Assembly (NCBI RefSeq): GCF_006345805.1
Contig: NW_021828707.1
Location: 1 to 7,883 of the forward strand
DNA: 7,883 bases
Origin: Octopus sinensis
Taxonomy: Eukaryota
Reading direction: 5' to 3'
A program made the position numbers and the translations under genes. Positions 1 to 5,769 of the stretch are shown here, in pieces; the stretch's first letter is position 1; the number at the start of each line of letters is the position of its first letter. Under the pieces are notes generated by a model. It was not told the DNA's origin, searched no databases, and saw nothing but the letters and a program-made list of their open reading frames with translations.

Positions 1-95
1 TGGAGTGCTCAGCCACTTGCACGTTAATATCACGAGCAAGCTGTTCCGTGATCGTATCAGCTGGGACCCTCATCGTCGCAACCGACAGAGTGCTC
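1..95 (+). mobile_element. 3' end of tRNA-derived SINE family B, cut by the window edge
   Basis: Positions 1-92 align to 7536-7628 (about 80/93 identical by hand count), which is the 3' part of the A/B-box-bearing element at 7300-7632. Confidence 0.75.
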
Positions 96-97
96 CT

Positions 98-510
98 ATA
101 TAAGTATATATCTATGTATGTTTATGCATGTATATATATATGTGTGTGTATATATATGTATATATGTGTGCATATATATTTACTTATGTATTTGTGTGTG
201 TATAGGTCTATATGTGTGCATATGTGCGTTTGTGCTGCGTATTTGAATGGCTGTGTGTATATGTGTGTATGAGTGAAATGAGGATGAATGTGTATATATG
301 TGAATATCTATATATGTATGCATAACAGTATGTTTATGTGAGACTGTGAACATTAGTGTGAATATATATATATATATGTGTGTGTGCGTGTGTGCGTGTT
401 GCGTGTTATGAGTGTGTTTATGAGTCGGTAATTGCGTGTTTGCATATATACCTGTCCGTTCGTCTATCAGTATGTATGTATGTATGTATGTATGTATGTA
501 TGTATGTATG
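98..510. repeat. Compound (TA)/(TG)/(TATG) microsatellite region
   Basis: Degenerate TA/TG dinucleotide runs, with a pure (TATG)n run at about 471-509. Confidence 0.9.
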
Positions 511-937
511 AGCGTGTATATCCAATCTGCCACATTCAAAGTCTACATTCTATAGAACTGTAGCTTTCACATGTTTCCATTTATAATCCATTGTAAAGCA
601 TATCCTTGCCTTGAATTGTAGGCGAACCCCGCACTGAAGACCGTTAGCTCGCAGGAAGCCATGTGCGTGACCTGGTTTCCATTCCTCTTTATAGCTCCGG
701 GCCAAAACGTGAAGGTCACATCGACTACTTTTTTCATTCTATTTTGCTCGACAGACGCTTAATCACTCATTGGCAATCACATTCATTCTTAAATTTAATC
801 AATTTACTCGACAAAATTCCATTACTTCACGGCTTCATTGATTTCATTCCACCGTCTTTATATTCTGCATTCAATCTTCGTGTAGGCTCATAACGTTTAC
901 ATGCAGCAGGTTTTGTTATATTACTAATTTACATTTC

Positions 938-1010
938 ATACACACAACAAGCACATACAAATGCACACAAACGCGCACGAACACACACACACACATACGC
1001 ATACATATAT
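938..1010. repeat. (CA)-rich microsatellite
   Basis: ACACAC/ATAC runs seen directly. Confidence 0.8.
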
Positions 1011-1036
1011 GGCTGCAATCGAATGACTAAAACAAG
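1009..1036 (+). mobile_element. Short eroded fragment of the SINE family A 3' tail
   Basis: ATGGCTGCAATCGAATGACTAAAACAAG matches the reverse complement of 1077-1104 (ATGGCCGCAGTCAAATGACTGAAACAAG) at 24/28. Confidence 0.55.
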
Positions 1037-1057
1037 TACATATATATTCGTGTATAT

Positions 1058-1459
1058 ATTCTTTTACTCTTTTACTCTTGTTTCAGTCATTTGACTGCGG
1101 CCATGCTGGAGCACCGCCTTTAATCGAGCAACTCGACCCCGGGACTTATTCTTTTGTAAGCCCAGTACTTATTCTATCGGTCTCTTTTGCCGAACCGCTA
1201 AGTAACGGGGACATAAACACACCAGCATCGGTTGTCAAGCAATGATAGGGGGACAAACACAGACACAAACATACATACGCATATATATATATACGACGGG
1301 ATTCTTTCAGTTTCCGTCTACTAAATCCACTCACAAGGCTTTGGTCGGCCCGAGGCTATAGTAGAAGACACTTGTCCAAGGTGCCACGCAGTGGGACTTA
1401 ACCCGGAACCATGTGTTTGGTAAACAGCTACTTCTTACCACACAGCCACTCCTGCGCCT
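1058..1459 (-). mobile_element. Full-length tRNA-derived SINE, family A
   Basis: The minus strand starts AGGCGCAGGAG. It has A box TGGCTGTGTGG (1448-1438), B-box-like GGTTAAGTCCC (1403-1393), an internal (TA)/(TG) tract, and a short-repeat tail (AAGAGTAA)2-AAGAAT. The 3' part recurs at 7737-7870 at about 89% identity. Confidence 0.85.
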
Positions 1460-1538
1460 ATATATATATAACATACATACATATATATAATATGTATATG
1501 TATATGTATATATATATATTCTACATATATATATATAC

Positions 1539-1583
<45 letters not shown>
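1460..1583. repeat. (TA)n microsatellite
   Basis: Long, lightly interrupted TA run. Confidence 0.95.
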
Positions 1584-1586
<3 letters not shown>

Positions 1587-1633
1587 CGTTTTTTATCATT
1601 AAAGTTGCAAACACATCACAAAAATATTACAAA

Positions 1634-1676
1634 AACTGCTACTCAGAGTTTTACGTTCCCGTTTCGTCGGGTAGGT
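1634..1676 (-). ncRNA. Degenerate minimal type I hammerhead ribozyme (mirror copy)
   Basis: The minus strand reads ACCTAC-CCGACGA-A-ACG-GGAA-CGT-AAAA-CTCTGAG-TA-GCAGTT. Stems II and III are intact, G12 is changed to A, and the stem I 5' strand is eroded. Confidence 0.55.
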
Positions 1677-1684
1677 ATGATCAC

Positions 1685-1726
1685 AACTGCTCGTCGAACG
1701 GGAATGTGAAAGTCTGAGTAGCAGTT
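1685..1726 (+). ncRNA. Degenerate minimal type I hammerhead ribozyme
   Basis: Stem I AACTGC(1685-90)/GCAGTT(1721-26); core TCGTCGA (vs CUGANGA); stem II ACG-GGAA-TGT; GAAA at 1708-11; stem III with a C15.2-to-G lesion; GUA triplet at 1718-20. Confidence 0.6.
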
Positions 1727-1785
1727 TTTTTGTGTGATATTTCTGTGATATTTTTGCAGCTATAATAATAAAGCGTATATACTTG

Positions 1786-1808
1786 TGTGCGCGTATGTGT
1801 GTGAGTGA

Positions 1809-1866
<58 letters not shown>

Positions 1867-1890
1867 GTGTGTGTGTGCGTGTGTGCGTCT
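1786..1890. repeat. (TG)n microsatellite
   Basis: Pure TG run at about 1815-1860 with degenerate flanks. Confidence 0.95.
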
Positions 1891-2055
1891 GTGAATGTAT
1901 GATAAGTAAAACAGTATTTCGAAGACCAAGGTCTTCACTTCGTGGCTGGAAACGACTGAAGCTCTCACTAGTTACTAGGATGTGTGTGTCGTGTGTCCCA
2001 ACTGGTATATTACTCACAATCCATAACTTCTTTCAGATCCTCCGACAATAATGTG

Positions 2056-2085
2056 GCAGCAGCAGCAGAGAAGCAGCAGCAGCAA
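2056..2085. repeat. Short interrupted (GCA/CAG)n repeat
   Basis: (GCA)4-GAGAAG-(CAG)3-CAA. Confidence 0.8.
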
Positions 2086-2512
2086 CATGGGGCATGCTCT
2101 ATAACAGCGCGTCGTTGCATCCACAATTTGTTAGTGACTTCATACTACTCCGGATGGATGGTACCTTTGCATCACCCCCAACCCTCCAACCCATGGGTCT
2201 GTTTGTGAATCGAACCCACGAATAGGCGATCGTGAGGGCAACTACTAGGCCACGCGCATTCACAGAAGGCAGAACGAAGTCATATTCTGATCAGAGACCT
2301 GGGCTGAAGCCTGTATCCCTGTTACAAAATTAAAGTCCCCATAAGGGTCACGTAGTAGGGCTAAATCTTCGGGGGACGTGACATAAATACTAGTAACAGA
2401 TCGGACATCACTAAAAGTAACTGAGTCCCAGACGCCGATCTTAAACACGGTTTTAAAATTTATCGGCTCAGACTCCGTTACAGCCCATCCACAGCTAGCG
2501 AGTATGCACACC

Positions 2513-2570
2513 ACTTCCGGTCTATGTTCAAATTGCATTCCGCCCGTAAATGTATTTATTACTTCCGGTC
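2513..2570 (-). promoter_or_regulatory. Tandem ETS-type sites (ACCGGAAGT twice) flanking a CCGCCC box
   Basis: Identical 10-mers ACTTCCGGTC at 2513-2522 and 2561-2570, with CCGCCC at 2540-2545, in CpG-containing unique-looking DNA. Function is not shown. Confidence 0.3.
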
Positions 2571-2823
2571 CCATGACAGATTTCACTCCCCCTGCGAATG
2601 CGTTTACTACTAAAGTTAAATTTGTTCTTATCGCATCACATCAGAGGTTATAATAAAATTTTGAAGAAAACGAACACATCAACATTAATGAGCGATTATG
2701 CTTTTTCCGCGAAATCATTGTTTTCATACCTAAATGCGTGATGCTTTCAGAGCGTCATCCTGTTTACGCTATAAGCGGGCCTACTGTTATCTTTAGGAGC
2801 GTTTCTTCTCCGTTGTAAATATC

Positions 2824-3055
2824 TATTTCTTTACTACCCACAAGGAGCTAAACACAGAGGGGACAAACAAGGACAGACAAACGGATTAAGTCGATTACAT
2901 CGACCCCAGTGCGTAACTGGTACTTAATTTATCGACCCCGAAAGGATGAAAGGCAAAGTCGACCTCGGCGGAATTTGAACTCGGAACGTAACGACAGATG
3001 AAATACGGCTACGCATTTCGTCCGGCGCGCTAACGTTTCTGCCAGCTCGCCGCCT
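2824..3055 (-). mobile_element. Full-length tRNA-derived SINE, family C
   Basis: The minus strand starts AGGCGGCGAGCTGGCAGAAACGTTAG (A-box-like, 3044-3030) and has B-box-like GAGTTCAAATTCC (2982-2970). It is flanked by the direct repeat TAAATATC (2816-2823 and 3057-3064). From memory, the central GTCGACTTTGCCTTTCATCCTTTCGGGGTCGATAAATTAAGTACCAG resembles the MetaSINE central domain; this needs a database check. Confidence 0.85.
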
Positions 3056-3064
3056 ATAAATATC

Positions 3065-3204
3065 GTCGACTTTGCCTTTCATCCTTTCGGGGTCGATAAA
3101 TTAAGTACCAGTTACGCACTGGGGTCGATGTAATCGAATTAATCCCTTTGTCTGTCCTTGTTTGTCCCCTCTGTGTTTGGCTCCTTGTGGGCAATAAAGA
3201 AATA
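3065..3204 (+). mobile_element. 5'-truncated copy of SINE family C, inverted relative to 2824-3055
   Basis: 135/140 identical to the reverse complement of 2824-2963. Flanked by TATAAATATC(GT) at 3055-3066 and 3205-3216. Confidence 0.85.
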
Positions 3205-3417
3205 TATAAATATCGTGATCGGGTCTCCACGTGGCATGTTATGCATGAATTCCTATCTTAGCAACAACCCAAGATAGGACATTTGTTATTCCCTTCCCGC
3301 CAGACAACCTAGATATGTCACGGACCATAAACTCCCTTTTCTAACTGACTCGTGATAATAAATAAATCCATTTATAAATAAGATGAAAAGAGAATCGGTA
3401 TGCAATTTTCACAACGA

Positions 3418-3490
3418 CCTCTCTCATTCTCTCTCCTTCTCTCTCTACACGCACACGCATACACATATACATACAAGCATGCATGCATAT
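3418..3490. repeat. Degenerate (CT)/(CA) microsatellite
   Basis: CTCT and ACAC/ATAC runs. Confidence 0.7.
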
Positions 3491-3741
3491 ATACAAAAAT
3501 ATTTCTTGTTAATCATCTTCAGTTCATCAGTCTCAAAATTTCCCTTATATATATATGTATGTATAAGTGAGAGTCAACGACTATTGTAAAGGTTGCAAGA
3601 CGCAACGATAATTTTAGGAAAAATAAATAAGCAAATGAGTGGAAACTTAACCAACGTGTGTGTTAAATAATACGGCACTAAAGGAGAATGACTCTCCCCA
3701 GACACAACAAAATATGTAGAAGTATATATATATATATAATA

Positions 3742-4190
3742 TTAAATTAGAGATAAAACCACTATTAGGCAAATCATACAATGAAAAACTTAAGCCAATA
3801 CATAAGATTATTTAATTTATATTATTTAAATATATAACAAAATTATTAAAAAAATATAATTAATATAACACTACGATCGTTTCATCGCTGTTAATTTCTT
3901 TAAATTTTCGAGTTACAGTCATTCATCAGGTGGTTTAAATATTTAACTTGGCGAGGTTTAATCAATGATCGTAGTGTTATATTGATTATATTTTTTTAAT
4001 AATTTTGTTATATATTTAAATAATATAAATTAAATAATCTTATGTATTGGCTTAAGTTTTTCATTGTATGATTTGCCTAATAGTGGTTTTATCTCTAATT
4101 TAACATAATATAATATTTTACTATAAAATTGGATTCAATCCTAAATCTGATTTTTTCCCTGTAAGTTTGGATTTATTCCCTAATATTTAT
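3742..4190. mobile_element. AT-rich fold-back element (137-bp inverted repeat plus one-sided extension) between (TA)n tracts; probable Penelope-like pLTR derivative
   Basis: 3742-3878 is the reverse complement of 3967-4103 except for one position (T3861/G3984). The spacer is 88 nt. The right unit continues to about 4190. TA runs lie at 3723-3738 and 4191-4204, and a hammerhead core spans the spacer and left arm. Confidence 0.7.
3869..3932 (-). ncRNA. Type I hammerhead ribozyme with canonical core and palindromic stem III
   Basis: The minus strand reads CAC(3932-30)-CTGATGA(3929-23)-imperfect stem II ATGACTGTAA...TTAACAGCGAT-GAAA(3883-80)-C-GATC-GTA(3874-72)-GTG(3871-69). ACGATCGT is an 8-nt palindrome. 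The predicted cut lies between 3872 and 3871. Confidence 0.8.
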
Positions 4191-4263
4191 TATATATATA
4201 TATATGCATGTATGTATGTTTACACACACACACAAACACATATATATATATATGACAGAGAGA

Positions 4264-4311
<48 letters not shown>

Positions 4312-4350
4312 TGTGCATGTGTATATGTACGTGTATACACGTATGTGTCT
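4191..4350. repeat. Compound (TA)/(CA)/(GA)n microsatellite
   Basis: Near-pure GA run at about 4257-4309 with TA/CA/TG flanks. Confidence 0.9.
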
Positions 4351-4538
4351 ATACATCTGTTGACAACATTTCTCTCTCTGTTTGACAACCTGGTTGGCTC
4401 TTTCTATTTATCTACGCGTGAATGAATAAAGGAATAGGCGTCTGTGTACCTTATTAAAACTGTGAGTACAACACAAAGCGTTTCTTTCAATGCGTTCAAA
4501 GAACTCACAAACACACAAACACAGATATTCACGGGCGT

Positions 4539-4605
4539 GCACACACACACACACACACACATATATATTATATATATATATGTATGTATGCATTTATCAT
4601 GTGTT

Positions 4606-4682
<77 letters not shown>

Positions 4683-4770
4683 TTTCATATATATGTAAAT
4701 GCGTATATAGATATATATATATATATATATAATATATATATGTATATATAATATATATATATATATAATG
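4539..4770. repeat. (CA)n followed by long interrupted (TA)n
   Basis: CA run at 4539-4560, then several TA runs to about 4768. Confidence 0.95.
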
Positions 4771-4863
4771 CATAATGCGTAAGTGAAATTTTGGGACTAT
4801 GAAGTGGTGGTAATTAACCGGAAATATTTCATTTCTTGTTATTTCTTATTTCCAAATCGTCAG

Positions 4864-4932
4864 CTCTCTCTCTCTCTCTCTCTCTCCCTATCTCTCTCTC
4901 TCTTTTCTCCATCGTATTCTCTCTCTCTCTCT
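4864..4932. repeat. (CT)n microsatellite
   Basis: Interrupted CT runs. Confidence 0.9.
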
Positions 4933-4976
4933 CACCCTCTCATTAATTTCCATCTCTATGAAAACATGCTTTGTAA

Positions 4977-5042
4977 CGGAAGTAGGGTCTTATAAACGTG
5001 ATTTCAATCGGAAGTAGCTACACATGATTTGTCATGACGTGA
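4977..5042 (+). promoter_or_regulatory. Possible ETS-like pair plus CRE-like site
   Basis: CGGAAGTAG at 4977-4985 and 5009-5017, TATAAA at 4991-4996, TGACGTGA at 5035-5042. These are motif matches only. Confidence 0.2.
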
Positions 5043-5379
5043 ACTGGGATTTGTGAAACAAATGTTTTCGTTTTTGGTTTATCTATGATTCCAAGTTCTA
5101 AGATTCCAGCTTGGAAACGTTGTTATGTTGCTATGATAAAAGTCCCATTTATTTACGATGCCATTTTCAGAATCTATGAAATACAGTTTTTTTTTTCCTA
5201 TTCCTAATTCAATTAGTAATTTGTGGAATTAGCGATTAATCAATCACTGCACTCGATGACTTTTCAAATTCTTCAAATCTAATGCAACAAGAGGAAGACT
5301 ATCTCATTAACACTGGTGCCGCTGCTGCCTCTGCTGTAACCACAGGCAACGGCTGCAACCGCTACAACTGTTGAAGTTC

Positions 5380-5397
5380 CTGCTGCTGCTGCTGCAG

Positions 5398-5459
<62 letters not shown>

Positions 5460-5466
5460 GCTGCTG

Positions 5467-5527
<61 letters not shown>

Positions 5528-5659
5528 TCGCCTCCTCACTCCTGCTCCTCCTTCTCCTCGTCCCCTTCCTGCTCCTTCCCCTCCTCCTCCTCCCCAACCC
5601 CCTCCTTCTCCGTCCCCTCCCCTCCTCCTCCCCCTCCTCCTCCTCCTCCTCCTACTCTC

Positions 5660-5717
<58 letters not shown>

Positions 5718-5736
5718 ACTACTACTAACTACTACA
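5380..5736. repeat. Compound trinucleotide array (CTG)/(CTA)n/(CTC,CCT)/(CTA)n
   Basis: (CTA)20 at 5398-5457, (CTA)11 at 5469-5501, (CTG)8 at 5502-5525, a near-pure pyrimidine tract at about 5526-5660, and (CTA)n at about 5661-5736. Confidence 0.95.
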
Positions 5737-5769
5737 TAATAAACTCATAAAGCAATGGTGCTGAATACT

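Larger units (their letters stand above)
1592..1772. mobile_element. Spacerless palindrome of two head-to-head hammerhead-bearing units; probable Penelope-like-element derivative
   Basis: The left arm 1592-1680 pairs with the right arm 1681-1772 at roughly 80%, centred on TGA|TCA. It includes AAAAACTGCTACTCAGA / TCTGAGTAGCAGTTTTT. The inverted repeat is seen directly; the PLE origin is inferred from the hammerhead remnants. Confidence 0.65.

Noticed and set aside
48-539. ORFs of 74 and 119 aa (YICV/HTYI-rich)
   Set aside because: They are translations of TA/TG/TATG microsatellites. The same applies to the ORFs at 1331-1602, 1681-2051, 3383-3589, 4173-4732, 4783-4995, 7068-7386 and 7565-7858.
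630-667. Hammerhead-like CGCA-CTGAAGA-CC...GG-AAG-CCATG-TGCG
   Set aside because: It has a CUGAAGA core and a possible 4-bp stem I, but no GAAA and no NUH triplet, so it is compatible with chance.
663-893. 76-aa ORF in unique DNA
   Set aside because: GTG start, no recognisable domain or splice context, and a length expected by chance.
1146-1334. 62-aa ORF
   Set aside because: It lies entirely inside SINE A.
1381-1459. tRNA gene (also 2964-3055 and 7300-7365)
   Set aside because: A/B-like boxes are present, but I could not fold a full cloverleaf and each continues into a repeated SINE body; these are tRNA-derived heads, not tRNA genes.
1921-1936. GAAGACC-AA-GGTCTTC palindrome with nearby minus-strand GTGAAGA...GAAA
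   Set aside because: The stem overlaps the would-be core, C3 is missing, and stems I and III do not form.
3500-3535. Minus-strand CTGATGA and CTGAAGA followed by GAAA
   Set aside because: No stem I or stem II pairing.
1592-4103. Reading the palindromes as DNA-transposon MITEs or CRISPR-like arrays
   Set aside because: There is no regular repeat-spacer array. A MITE origin is not excluded, but I see no defined TSD, one element has a one-sided extension, and both contain hammerhead motifs at the centre, which fits retro-derived fold-backs better.
5282-5374. 30-codon ORF MQQEEDYLINTGAAAASAVTTGNGCNRYNC
   Set aside because: Short, grades into the triplet array, and shows no homology or splice evidence that I can recognise.
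5279-5739. Poly-S/V/L/Y/T ORFs
   Set aside because: Direct products of the trinucleotide repeats.
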